Shown here in pieces: positions 1 to 11,893 of a DNA stretch of 64,000 nucleotides. Each line of letters begins with the position of its first letter. Positions within the stretch are counted from its first letter, which is position 1. This DNA is from Torpedo marmorata. Taxonomy: Eukaryota. Under the pieces are notes generated by a model, which was given only the letters and a program-made list of their open reading frames with translations, had not been told where the DNA came from and searched no databases. Position numbers and translations under genes: made by a program. The stretch is taken from the NCBI GenBank assembly GCA_977017645.1, contig OZ360236.1:1426001-1490000 (forward strand), given 5' to 3'.

Positions 1-189
1 AATGGTGTAATTTCATGGTGAACTGAAGTCCCACAGGATCGTTCTGACTGAGGCAGCTCAAGGTGGCAAATGGGTCTTGGCTGAGATGTAGAATCTAAGT
101 AAAGGGCATTGAACTGGAGAGGTGACGAATGAAGACATTGCCACGTTGTTCAATGGAAGAAGCTAGCCTGTTGAATTTTGCTGTTATTA

Positions 190-905
190 AGAGGAAGGTC
201 AGTGCTGGAGAAACTCAACAGGTCAAAGGAATGCACAGAAAGCAAAATGCAGTCGACGTTTGGGCCTGAGCCCTTCTTCAGGGGTGTTGAAAATCAGGCA
301 GTCACCAGAATAAGTCAGTAGGTGGTGAGGACGGGAAGGTGGAGGAGCACAGGCTAGCAGGTGATAGGTAGAGGTGGGAGGGGGAAGGAGCTGAGAGGTG
401 ATGGGGAGGGGACAGAGGGCTGAGAAGGGTGCTCTCTGATAGGAGAAGCTGGGGAGGTGGAGGAAGGGAGTGAGGGATAAGGGAAAGAGAGACTGGGAGA
501 GGGCGTGAGTGGAAATTGGAGGTTGATGTTGATGCCATCTGGTTTGAGACTGCCAAGATGGAATATAAGGGGTTGTTCCTCCAATTTACGAGTGGCTTCC
601 AGCTGGTAGTACAGGAGGCCATGGGCACACATGTCAGTGTAGGAATGGGGTGTGGAATTGAAGTGGTTAGCCACTGGAAGTTCCTGGCTGTTGCAGCAGA
701 CAGAGCAAAGGTGCTCAACGAAACCATCTCCCTCTGGTCCAGTCTCCCCGATGTAGAGGAGGCTGCATCGGGAACACCGGGTGCAATAAATGACCCCTCC
801 AGATTCATAGGTGAAGGTATTGCTTCACTTGGCGGGACTGTTTGGCACCCCGATAGTGGTGAGGGCGGAGATGCAGACGCACGTGTAACACTTCGTACAG
901 TCACA
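190..905 (-). mobile_element. Penelope-like element 3' fragment (GIY-YIG C-terminus plus pLTR-like end)
   Basis: ORF 354..674 reads ANHFNSTPHS...RKLEEQPLIFHLGSLKPDGINI, homologous to the GIY-YIG ORF at 52635; carries the hammerhead-like motif at 251-282. Confidence 0.75.
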
Positions 906-2419
906 AGTACCGGCAGGTTGATTCAGTCAGGCGTTCGTAAACCCGTAGGAGGGTTTGGGAGAAGAACTGGGAAGCACACACACTTTAACCAGCAGATGTA
1001 AACTTAAAGTTATTGTAGAAGGGGATTAGGAAGAAAACTTCATGAAAGAGTGGTGAGGGTCTGGAAGTAGTTGTGTTTATAACCAATACGAGGACAAACC
1101 ACGGTTTGCTGCAGAAACTCAGCAGGTTGAGCATCATCAGTGGTTGGAAATGGTCGCTGTTTCAGACCAGAGCCCTTCATCAATGGGCGTAAGCAAACGT
1201 TGGGAGTGTGAATCCTGCAAGGCCTCAGGCTCATGTTCCCCCTTCATTCCTGAGCAGTCCTACCCTCAGTCTCATCATCATCCTGCACCTTCCTTATTTT
1301 TGTGTCAGTGGATGAGCCCTCTGGTTCATTATCTCTGAGTACAGCTGTGGCACTCTCCCTGGTTGGTAATGCAGCTCTTTCACCACTTTGTCTATCATGT
1401 CCAAAACCCAGGAACATTGGGCTGCCAGTGCTATCCCCCTCGCAACCAAGATGGTACATGTGCTACAAGCTCGGATACACAACGGTCGATTGGGCAGAAG
1501 CGCCTGTTTCAGTACTCTATAACTCTATATACTCTAAATCTGACTGAGCTCAGTCCAAAAATTGTATCCTTAATTCACATTGTTGTTATTACTGCTGCTC
1601 ATCACAAAATAATGTCCTTGATCATGCAGAGGAGGAAATGGGTTTGTTTTTTGTGCCTCATTTCCATCTTCAGGTCTGGAAGCTGGTCACACATGCTGAG
1701 CTTGAAAGCACCACAAAATGATTCAACCACAGGGGGCAAAGGGTTTGTTTGAGCATAACAAGTTAAAACTGAGTGGATTCATGGCTCTGAAAGCTGTTTG
1801 GAATGAATTAACCTGTTTAATGCTTCAGGTTGAAGACCCTTGACAACTGGGGAAAGGTTCTGATGAAGAGAACAGGATCAGACCACTCAGCCCTTCCACC
1901 CCTGCTGCCATTCAATGTTAGCATGGTTTCTGAATTATTACGTGACAGTAAAGGAATCCTGAATCTCTGATGTGCCCAAACCTCAAGTCCCCTGCGCCAG
2001 ATCCTCACACCCCTTAATTTCCCTGATCTTATTTTTTTTTAAAAAAAAACCTCATTCCATCTTAAATACTTTTAATGATCTAGCCTCCACATCTCGTGGG
2101 GGCAGAGAATTCCTGAGATCTGAGAAATACGTAGGTTTTAAATTATCAGCCTATCTTGCAACAGTGTCCCCTTGTTTGAAAACATTTGTGAAAACATTGC
2201 ACCATCTACTGTAAGCTGCCCCCTTGCCATCTTGTATGTTTCAATAAGATCACCCTTTTTCTAATCTCCAAAGAAGGATCTTCAATTTGAAACGTTAACT
2301 CAGTTTTCTTTTTTCAGAGGTGCTGCCAGATCTGCTGAGAACTTTCTGCTTTTCTATCAGAGTTGAAGTATTTGCAATTATTTTGACTTTCATGAAGGAT
2401 CTGTGTGTTTGGCAGGAGG

Positions 2420-2628
2420 AGGGTGAGAGGGGGCAGATATCAGATTGGCAGTGACAGATGCGTTCAGAGACGGTGCAGGGTGAGGGGGGTAGATATCAGA
2501 TTGGTGGCAGTGACAGATGCGTTCGGAGACGGTGCAGGGTGAGGGGGGTAGATATCAGATTGGTGGCAGTGACAGATGCGTTCGGAGACTTGGTGAGGGG
2601 GGTTAGATATCAGATTGGTGGCAGTGAC
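2420..2628. repeat. Tandem repeat, ~58-bp unit, ~3.5 copies
   Basis: ggtgagggggg-tagatatcagattggtggcagtgacagatgcgttcggagac recurs head to tail. Confidence 0.85.
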
Positions 2629-2970
2629 CCATGTGCAGTCAATAAGCCAGAGGTGTTGTAATGAGATAGATTTCTGGCACGAAAAAGAGAACTTAAAGGA
2701 ATACATTGTAGAAATCAAGCCGGAACACAAATTTACAAGTTAAAGCTGAGATGCTGATCTACAGTGTTTGGATGTTCCACTAATAGCTGCTGCATGTTGT
2801 CTGAAAAGCATCATTGAACTCTGATGCAGTGTGTGCACCACTGCTGTGTGTCTGGATGGTCTCTCGTCTTCCTCCCGTCCCTCCAACCTTTGAGCCTCTA
2901 TCCTTGTTTCTTACCTGCTGTTCCTAATCCAGGGTTAGATGGTGTTTGCAGCAGCAAGTGGCAGATATAT

Positions 2971-3762
2971 CAAGGTCAAGATTCAATTTATTGTCATGTA
3001 ATAAAAACTGTCATATTACACAAAATTGCCTGAAGCGCCTCTTACAGTCAGAGAAAGAGAAGCAAAAGAGAGTTTCCCCCCAGAGTCACCGAGTGTCCGT
3101 AGATTCGCCTCCAGCGCTTCCGCAGCCACACAGTCCAGTCCAAACCATCAGCAGCCCGAGCTCTAAATCCGAACCTCCGACACGATCAGGAAACCTTCAG
3201 TGCCCTCGGCACCCTCTCACATCCCGGATCCGATACCTGGTACCCCTTCAGCCAGTTTCGAGCCAGTCTCCAGCAGTCCGCAACCTGGTGTGAATCCCTC
3301 GACCACAGTCGCCAGCAGCCCACAGCCTCCGTGGGTTCCTCGCCTCGAGTCGCCAACAGCCTGCCGCCTGTGTGTTCTTCAGCCTCAGAGCCCCTCGCTG
3401 GTCCGCCGCCATGGTCATCGTCCCGTGGGTCTTCTCTGCTTCTCCTCAGGTGGGAGGTGGTCTCCCCATTTTCTGGTGTCCTGCACCAGTCCTCTCCTTC
3501 CCCAGAGTCTGCAACCCCTCGTGGCTGCTGCCGATTATAGGCGCCACCATCTTGGGCGCAGACCCCGCGGTCATGGGATTTTAAATAAAACTACCATCGG
3601 CTCCTTTAACATGCCATTTAAAGCCTGAACGGAGCTGATGGCACTTGGACTGGGTGGTTGGACCCCGCGGGAGTGCTGTGTCTCTGCTCTCTGTGGGTCT
3701 GCACCAGCGCTGCTGTTACAGCAGCTCCGGCAGCGTCACCATTTTTGTGATGTACATTCCTT
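2971..3762 (-). mobile_element. Probable non-autonomous retroposon with Rex1-like 3' tail and GC-rich non-coding body
   Basis: Left end caaggtcaagattcaatttattgtcatg resembles the reversed 3' tails of Rex1-type LINEs in this window. It splits one copy of a local duplication (gcagcaagtggcagatat|tgtctcacacctcc; intact copy at 3815-3848). Confidence 0.45.
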
Positions 3763-4071
3763 TATTGTCTCACACCTCCCAACTACCTGGGTTCAATCCT
3801 GGCCCCTGTGTTGGCAGCAAGTGGCAGATATGTTGTCTCACACCTCCAGCCACATGGGTTTGATCCTGGCCTCAGATGTTGCCATTTTTCCCCTGCTGAA
3901 GTTTTTCCTACAAACCTCTGTCTGTTACAAAACATGGTTGGTGCAGGAATGAAAACGGGCATATTTGCCTTTCTAACTATTGCCATTGAACCTGGCTGAA
4001 GACAAAGGGTTTGGAACTGGATTCTGCCATGCTGCTGAAAATGATACAGACATGTCCAACTAACATTGGGA

Positions 4072-4295
4072 TTTACAGCGCCAGCGATAGGGACCGGACC
4101 GGGTTTCGAATCCTGCGCTGTCTGTAAGGAGTTTGTACGTTCTCCCCGTGTCTGCGTGGGTTTTCTCCGGGGGCTCCGGTTTCCTCCCACCGTTCAAAAC
4201 GTACCAGGGGTGTAGGTTAGTGGGGTGTAAATTGGGCGGCACGGACTCGTGGGCCGAAATGGCCTGTTACAGTGCTGTATGTCTAAATTTAATTT
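4072..4295 (+). mobile_element. tRNA-derived V-SINE (HE1-like), 5'-truncated
   Basis: B-box-like gggtttcgaatcc, V-domain ggagtttgtacgttctccccgtgtctgcgtggg...ctccggtttcctcccac, CR1-like tail gggccgaaatggcctg. Confidence 0.8.
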
Positions 4296-5732
4296 TTTTT
4301 AAAAAACACCATTCCAAGCCAGTGCTTTGTTTTTAGAGCAAACTATTTTTGAACTCTCTTTGACCATCCCATGCTATTATCACAGCCCCTGCTTCATAGA
4401 ACTACTTCATGCCAGCACAAGGAGCAGATAATTACATGGATTAAATAGTTTGAAGTATAAGTGAATTTATAATGTATTCGATAATGCAAGGAACATTGAG
4501 CTGCCAGTCCTGCCCCTCCCTCAACGATGTCTCTGTTATGGCTATAATAGCCCCAGTCCCATTTACCAGTCCATGTCAACTTGTCTGCTTTACTTGTTTG
4601 GCCTATTGCATTAAAATAAATGCAGTTTAGCGTTCCTCTCTCCCTTCCCTGTCCCCACCTGTCCTGCATTGCTTTAACCTCTCTACTTAACATACAAAGG
4701 TGCTGGAGAAACTCAGCAGGTCCAACATCTCCAGCACTTTTGTGTATTAATTACAATCACCGCATTTGCAGACTTTCTTGTTTCACTTTAATTTCTCAAG
4801 TCAAGTTTATTGTCATCTGATTGTACAAGTACAACCCGACGAAACAGCGTTCTCCGGTCCTTGGTGCAAAACACGCAGACACACAACCAGACATAACACA
4901 CATACAGACAATACGTGCAGGACAAGTATTCATATATACAAATAAATAAATAAATATTGTTTCGTGAATAGGAGAGTCTCGGATGGTTAGTGTGAGCAGT
5001 TCCTTTGGTCGTTCAGCATTCTCACTGCCCGTGGGAAGAAGCTGTTCCTCAGCCTGGTGGTGCTGGCTCTGATACTCCTGTATCTCTTCCCCGACAGGAG
5101 CAGCTGAAAGATGCTGTGTGCAGGGTGGAAGGGGTCCTGAATGATTTTGCGTGCCCTCTTCAGAAAACGATCCTGGAATGAAAGAGAAGTTTAATGTATT
5201 AAATAATACACTCTTTGCTTACTATCAAATAAGAGCATTTTTGGTTGAACAGTTAGGGCATAATTTAATCTTACCAAGACAAAGTGAATTGGAGTTACTA
5301 GTTATTAATGGGGGTGTAAATAAATTTATTTCTCAAATGTATAGATTGTTACAGAAAAAAATGCCTAAACCAGGAATTCATAAATCAAGATTAAAATGGG
5401 AATTAGATTTGAATGTAACAATAGATGAGGAACATTGGAAAGAAATATGTAAACAAAGTATGACGAAGATTATTAACGTTAGATATAGGTTAGTGCAATA
5501 TAATTTTTTGCATCAGTTATATTTAACTCCTAAGAAACTAAAAAAAAATTATTCGACATTATCAGGTTTATGTTTTAGATGTAATAAAGAGGAAGGTTCT
5601 TTTGTACATTCTACGTGGTTTTGTCCAAAGATATATGATTTTTGGTTGAAATTTTAAAAGTTTTTAGAGTATTGAGAATTATACTCCTAATGGATCCTAG
5701 GATATTTTTGTTTGGAGATATTAAAAGAATTA

Positions 5733-7448
5733 CCATATATTTTGGCGTATAAGTCGACCGGCAGATAAGTCGACCCCCCTTTTTCAGCCTCATTTTAATG
5801 GTTTTATTGTATATCCGGCGTATAAGTCGACCCCCAAAAATCGCGATGATTGAGCTGCTGGGTGTTGACCGGAGGTGATTGTTATCATGGAGGCTCAATT
5901 GAAACGACGAAAGTATGAGGCAAGTTTTAAATTAAAAGTTATAGAAATGGCCAAGAAAACCAACAACTGTGCTGCTGCAAGAAAATTTGATATATATGAG
6001 AAGTTGGTAAGAGATTGGAGGAAGAAAGAAGATACTTTAATTAAAATACCAAAAAGGCAATGTTCGATGAGAAGAGGAATCACTCGTTGGCCAGAGTTGG
6101 AAAATCATGTCGCAGCATGGGTACGTGAACAGAGGCAAGATTGCTACATTGTCACCCGAAATAAAATAAGAACATTTGCACTGAAGTGGGCAAAGTCGCA
6201 CCCAGAACTCAGTAAAGATTTTGAAGCTACAGTCGGCTGGTGCAACCGTTGCATGAACAGGAAAAATCTGGTTTTACGACAAAAAACTAAAATTGCTCAG
6301 AAACTACCAAAAGATCTTGATCATAAAGTTGTACGTTTTCACCAGTTTATTTTACGTAACTGGCAGAAACACAAGTTTGCATTGGCAAATATTGGAAACA
6401 TGGACGAAACCCCCATGAATTTTGACATGATAGGCAATAGAATAGTGGAATGGAAAGGTGTGAAAACTGTGCAAACGAGGAGTACAGGACATGAAAGGAC
6501 CAGGTTTACTGTGGTGTTATCGTGCATGGCTGACGGGACAAAGTTAAGACCCATGGTAATCTTCAAGCGCAAACTTAAACCTAAAATAAATTTCCCAGCA
6601 GGTATTTTTGTACATTTTCATGAAAAAGGATGGATGGATGAAAATGGTGTAAAACTATGGATAGACAATGTGTGGAACAGGCGGCCAGGCGGTTTACGCA
6701 AGGAACGGAGTTTGTTGGTCTGGGATATGTTTCGTAGCCACTTAACTGAGAAGACTAAAAGTAGATTAGCACAACATAATACTTACATGGCCGTTATCCC
6801 GGGTGGTTTGACATCTATATTGCAACCTCTCGATGTCTGCTTGAACAAGCCATTCAAAGACCACATGCGTGAAGAGTGGAATACATGGATGACGAGTGCA
6901 GAAAAATCATTTACAAAAGGCGGGGCAATGCGTGCTGCATCGCTTGATGTGCTGTGTGACCTCGTGCTCAACGCACGGGACAAAGTGAAAGTAGAGACTA
7001 TAATAAAATTGTTTAAAAAGTGCGGTATCTCTTGTGCAATTGATGGTACGGAAGATGATTTATTGTGGGACACTGACGACGAAGCTGAAGACGCCTCATC
7101 AGACTGGGACCCGTACGATGACTGTTTAAACAGTGAGACCCCGGATGTGCTTGCCGAGATCTTTGCCTCAGACGATGATAGCGAAAGTGATTTTGAAGGG
7201 TTCTAAATGTCTTGTTGTTTTCAATAAAAATGTCAATGAAAATTTGTTGCAGACGGGTTTTTTTTTTGGTTTTTCAAGGGTCGACTTATACGCCGAATCG
7301 GGTTTTCAAGGGTCGACTTATACGCCGAATCGGCGTGGACTGGTTTTTGAGCTGATTTTAAGGTCTCAAAAGTATATCCGGCGTATAAGTCGACCCCTGT
7401 TTTTTGAGAGATTTTTGAGGGTTTCAAGACTCGACTTATACGCCAGTA
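5733..7448 (+). mobile_element. pogo-superfamily (Passer/POGK-like, DD35D) DNA transposon
   Basis: Begins after TA (5731-5732) with ccatatattttggcgtataagtcgac; right end tcgacttatacgccagta is a truncated inverted copy; repeated ggcgtataagtcgacc subterminal motifs; host L1 sequence is contiguous across it. Confidence 0.9.
5887..7206 (+). CDS. pogo-family transposase, 439 aa from the ATG at 5887
   Basis: N-terminal Brinker-like HTH (RRKYEASFKLKVIE...VRDWRK), CENP-B/Tc5-type HTH, catalytic motifs NMDETP, LVWDMFRSH, LQPLDV with 35 residues between the 2nd and 3rd Asp, acidic tail; no internal stops. Confidence 0.9.
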   Translation: MEAQLKRRKYEASFKLKVIEMAKKTNNCAAARKFDIYEKLVRDWRKKEDTLIKIPKRQCSMRRGITRWPELENHVAAWVREQRQDCYIVTRNKIRTFALKWAKSHPELSKDFEATVGWCNRCMNRKNLVLRQKTKIAQKLPKDLDHKVVRFHQFILRNWQKHKFALANIGNMDETPMNFDMIGNRIVEWKGVKTVQTRSTGHERTRFTVVLSCMADGTKLRPMVIFKRKLKPKINFPAGIFVHFHEKGWMDENGVKLWIDNVWNRRPGGLRKERSLLVWDMFRSHLTEKTKSRLAQHNTYMAVIPGGLTSILQPLDVCLNKPFKDHMREEWNTWMTSAEKSFTKGGAMRAASLDVLCDLVLNARDKVKVETIIKLFKKCGISCAIDGTEDDLLWDTDDEAEDASSDWDPYDDCLNSETPDVLAEIFASDDDSESDFEGF

Positions 7449-8630
7449 GTAAAATGAGATTAAATATGTACCAAATAGAATTTTTGCGAATTGCTTTAGC
7501 TGTTTCAAAGAAATGCATTGCTATTACATGAAAATCTGATGTAGATTTAGGGTTAGAAAGATGGCATGCAGAACTTCGTTCATGTATACCACTTGAAAAA
7601 ATTACCTATAATTTACGTAATAAATACCATTTCTTTTTGAAGGTATGGAGCCCATATATAAAAACTGTGGGTTTAAGGATTTGAAGATCTCTTGATATCA
7701 GGTCTGACTGGCGAACCTGTGTTCCACAATAAAATTAATTTATAGTTGTTTCTTTTAGAATGACATTCTCCACACTTTATTCTTTTTTCTTTCTTTTCTT
7801 TCTTTTTTAGTAGAGTAGAGGGGGGTGGGTTAGGGAGGGGGAGGGGAGGGTGAAAATATATCACGTATTTTGATAATTCTGTATTTTATAAACATGTATT
7901 ATCGTGTGATTTAAAATTTTAAATAAAATATTTTTTTTAAAAAGAAAACGATCCTGGTAGATCACGTTGATGGGGGGGCGGGGGAGGGGAGACTCCAGTG
8001 ATCCTCTCTGCCACTCTTATGGTCCTGTGGATTGACCTCCGATCCATTTCTCTGCAGCAACCGTACCACACTGATGCAGCCGGCCAGGACGCTCTCGATA
8101 GAGCTATAGAAGGTTGACATGAAGGTGGCCGGTAGCCTTGCCCAATTCAGTCTTCTCAGGAAGTGCAGTCGCTGTTGCGCCTTCCTGACAAGTGAGGAGA
8201 TGTGTGTCGACTTCAGCTTTCTCATCTATGACTGGGTCAGCTTCCAACATGCCTTCTCAACTCCTGCATGGGATGCATGTGTCACTGACAACTTGTAAGA
8301 AGTAGCGAGATGAGTAATTGAACCGCCCAGACAGAGAAGGCTATGGACCAAGTGCTGGGTGATAGCCTGGATGAGGGGCTGAATGGCCTGTTTCCCTCCT
8401 GTACGATCCTTTGACTTCATAATTCTGCAGATGCATGACTGATACAGACCGAGAAATCTGGCCTGATCGGTCCTCACTCCCTTCCCTGTCTGGCCTGATT
8501 GAAACGTTGGGCTAACTTTTACTGATTTCTCGTCTTAAACTGCTGTTGCATTGTGGATTTTATATGGTTAAGATCAAATGTTGCTTGACCTGCTGAGAGC
8601 CTGCCCCTGATGAGCTGTACTGTGTTTCAG

Positions 8631-8716
8631 TGTCTTCGAAGGGGAGTTATCAGAAACTATTCCTGTGGTCCATGCGTCCATCGCAGGGTGCAGAATCATC
8701 GGAAGGATGTGTGTTG
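8631..8716 (+). CDS. eif6: Eukaryotic translation initiation factor 6, internal coding exon (86 bp)
   Basis: tttcag|t gtc ttc gaa...gtt g|gtgag; translates [28 protein letters not shown], matching vertebrate eIF6. Not in the ORF track. Confidence 0.96.
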
Positions 8717-9942
8717 GTGAGTTTTGTTTTGGATCACGGTTCGCCAACTGCTCTGCAGTGGTATCATGTTCCACTTTAGTGCTTCCTTTACACTCTATCG
8801 ACATTCCATAGAGCATAGTACAGGCCCTTTGCTGACCAGCAACTATGTTAATGTACATCCCATTTTGCTCGATCACCTATGCATTGGTGCACTCACCTAG
8901 TTACATCGTGTTGTGGGAGCCCCTCCACTAGCAGCCTCTCAGGCAGTGTGTTCCAGACTCCAGTCACTGGAGAAAGTTCTTCAGATCCCTCTCAACCTCT
9001 GTGCTGTTCACTTTCAACGTGCCCTCTAGTTTTAGGCACTCCTGCTCAGGGGAATGATTTCCAACCATCTACTTTTATGTCCCTCAAAATTTTGCATCCT
9101 TCTGACAGGTCTGCTTCAAGGATAGTAAACCCAGCCTGTGCAATCTGAGACACTCCTTTCCAGCAAATGTTTCCCTCGAAATGCATCAACTCTGTTCACT
9201 TCACTGCCCTGTAGGTAATGATTTTCACTCTGGATAGCGTTTCTCTTTAGCAGTGTTGGAAACTGGGAAATGTAGTAATATGGAAGATTCCGGCAGATAA
9301 GAGAGATGACGACCTGCGTGAGAACTTGCAGAGCCAAGTGGAAAGCTGAGGCTATTTCCCTTTCTAACAGAGATACAGCTCTGGGTGTTGTTGGGGTATG
9401 ACCCTCAGGGGAGATCAGTGGCACGAGGACTGATTCCGTTGAACGACAGGGAAGATCAAATCTAGGGGGATTCAGTCGTTGGGAGGACAGTCTGGCATTT
9501 CAGTAACTGAGTAAAACTCTGATAAGGTGTTGTCTCCCTGGTGGAAGGTCAAGGGTGAGCAGACACAGGGTATTGTGAAAGGGGAGGATGAGCACCCAGA
9601 GGATGTGGTCTACATTGTAATGGTGACATATAGGAAGGAGGATGAGGTTCTGCAGAGAATTTGGGAAGTTAGAAAGTTAAAAGCAGGGCCTCTCGGGTTG
9701 TAATCTCAGGATTGCTCCCTGTGCCAGAGTGAGGCTAGAAATAGGAAGAAAGGACAGTTAAATTAAAAAGCAGAACCAAGAAGGTAATAATTTCTGGGTT
9801 GCTACCTGAGCCACGTGCAAATTGGCACAGAATTGATAAGATTTTTGAGTTGAATGTATGGCTTAAAGACTGGTGTGGGAGGAATGGATTTGAATTCACT
9901 GTCCATTGGCACCAGTATTGGGGAAGGAGGGAGCTATTGAAA

Positions 9943-10190
9943 TGGGACGTGTTCCACCACAACCATGCTGGGACCCGGGTTCTGGTGGGACGGGTTCCAC
10001 CACAACCATGCTGGGACCCGGGTTATGATGGGACGGGTTCCACCACAACCATGCTGGGACCCAGGGTTCTGATGGGACGGGTTCCACCACAACCATGCTG
10101 GGACCCAGGGTTCTGATGGGACGGGTTCCACTTCAACCATGCTAGGACCTGGGTTCTGATGGGACAGGTTCCGCAACAACCATGCTGGGT
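9943..10190. repeat. Minisatellite, 42-44-bp unit, ~6 copies, inside CR1 ORF1
   Basis: gatgggacgggttccaccacaaccatgctgggacccagggttct repeated in tandem. Confidence 0.9.
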
Positions 10191-10770
10191 TTCTATCGAA
10201 TCGCATAACTGCAGCTGTGGACAGGTCTAAAGACCAGTGGGGTAGGTTCAACAGATTGGAAAAGTGGATAAAGTTAAAGGGAAGGAGGATGCAGAGGAGG
10301 TTATTGAAGTCTCCAGAATAAAAGAAAGGACAGCAAGTTTAGAAAAGGATAAAAATGTAAACTCTGTCAACACTGGGACAAGTGTGATAATGGTGATGAC
10401 GTTGTATTTAAATGCATGCATTTTACAAAACAAGGTCGATGAGCTTAAAGTGCAGTTAGAAATTGGGTCTGCGACTTTTCATAGTGTGTGTAAATGATTT
10501 GGATGACGGAAATGATTGCTCTGTGGCCAAGTTTGCGGATGATACGAAGATGGGTGGAGGGGTGGGTAGTGTTGAGGAAAGAGGGAGTCTGCAGAGGGAC
10601 TTGGACTGGTTGGGAAAATGGGCAAAGTATGTAAGTGGTGGATGGAATACAGTGTAGGGAAATGTATGGCAAGCACTTTGGTAGGAGGAATAAAGAAGAA
10701 TATTTTCTAAATAGGGAGAGAATTAGAAAATAGGGAGAGAATTAATAAATAGGACGAGAATTAGAAAATA

Positions 10771-11030
10771 GGGTGGCACGGTTGGCGTAGCAGTTAGCGC
10801 AGTGCCTTTACAGCGCCAGCGATCGGGGCCAGGGTTCGAATCCCGTGCTGACTAAGGAGTTTGTACTTTCTCCCCGTGTCTGCGTGGGTTTTCCCCGGGG
10901 GCTCCGGTTTCCTCCCACCGTTCAAAATGTACCCGGGTTGTAGGTTAATTGGGTGTAATTGGGCAGTATGGGCTCGTGGGCCGAAATGGCCTGTTAACGT
11001 GCTATATGTCTAAATTTAAATTTTTTTAAA
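10771..11030 (+). mobile_element. tRNA-derived V-SINE (HE1-like), full length
   Basis: Head gggtggcacggttggcgtagcagttagcgc, B box gggttcgaatccc, V domain, CR1-like tail. Confidence 0.85.
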
Positions 11031-11893
11031 AATTGACTCGAATATAAAGGCAAAGGTGTAATACTGAGGCTTTACAAGGCATTAGTCAGACCACATTTGG
11101 AGTATTGCAAGCAGTTTTGTGCTCCTTATCTAAAGAAGGATGTGCTGGGGATTAGTGAGAGGGTTAACATGAACAGTGTTTGATGGTTCTGGGCTTGTAC
11201 TCATTGGAGTTTAGAAGGATGAGGGGGGATTTCATTGAAACCTACCGAACATTGAAAGGGCTGGACAGAGTGGACGTGGAGAAGATGTTTCCAGTCATGG
11301 GAGAGTCTGGGACCAGAGGGCACAGCCTCAGAATAACAGGACGTCCCTTTAGAACAGAGATGGGGCGAAGTTTGTTCAGCCAGAGGCTGGTGAATCTATG
11401 AACTCATTGCCACAGGTGGCTGTGGAGACCAAGTCATTGGGTAGATTTAAAGCAGTTACTAGTTCCTTGATTAGTGAGGGTGTCAAAGGTTCTGGGGAGA
11501 AGGCAGGAGAATGGGTTGAAAGGAAGAATACATAGGTAGCTATGATTGGAATGATGCAGCAGGCTCGATGGGCCGAATGGTCTAATTCTCCTCCTCAGTC
11601 TTATTGAATGTGTGGCAAAAGTGCTGGAGCAGGAGGGAGGGTTTCGGATAACCTGGACGACTGGGATCCCTTTCCGGGCAGTTGGGACCTGGACAAGAAG
11701 GACCTAGACCGGAGGGGCACCAATAGGGAGGTCTGCTCCTGCTACTTGGGAAGGTAGCAGGTGGGTGGAAACTGGAGCGTTGAGTTAACAGGGACAGTGA
11801 TGGAGGAGAAGATAAAGGTTAGTCACACAAGACCAATCGGGAAAACAGGCCAGGCCACGAGAATGAACATGGCAGGAATGAGACCCGAATGTA

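Larger units (their letters stand above)
5177..7942 (+). mobile_element. 5'-truncated L1-clade LINE (ORF2 C-terminus plus 3' UTR), interrupted by a pogo transposon
   Basis: CFRCNKEEGSFVHSTWFCP (zf-RVT-like motif); near-identical to 48832-49880; 15-bp TSD agaaaacgatcctgg at 5162-5176 and 7943-7957. Confidence 0.85.
4795..8200 (-). mobile_element. Rex1/Babar-type LINE 3' fragment, split by an L1 insertion (pieces 4795-5176 and 7958-8200)
   Basis: Minus strand encodes KAQQRLHFLRRL...FYSSIESVLAGCI (7962..8225) and, across the insertion, KRARKIIQDPFHPAHSIFQLLLSGKRYRSIRA; 3' tail at ~4800. Confidence 0.75.
9420..11605 (+). mobile_element. Decayed CR1-clade LINE fragments (ORF1 esterase remnant and ORF2 RT remnant)
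   Basis: ELNVWLKDWCGRNGFEF...HWHQYWGRREL (ORF1 SGNH-like), KFADDTKMGG, LYSLEFRRMRGDFIE; CR1 tail gggccgaatgg near 11570. Confidence 0.75.

Noticed and set aside
3200-3952. ORFs of 70-142 aa in the GC-rich insert
   Set aside because: Overlapping frames with Pro/Ser-biased composition and no splice or domain support.
1-8630. First coding exon of eif6 (MAVRASFE...ENFYS)
   Set aside because: Not found; presumably upstream of the window.
10771-10850. tRNA gene
   Set aside because: A/B boxes run into a V domain and LINE tail and recur many times; these are SINE heads.
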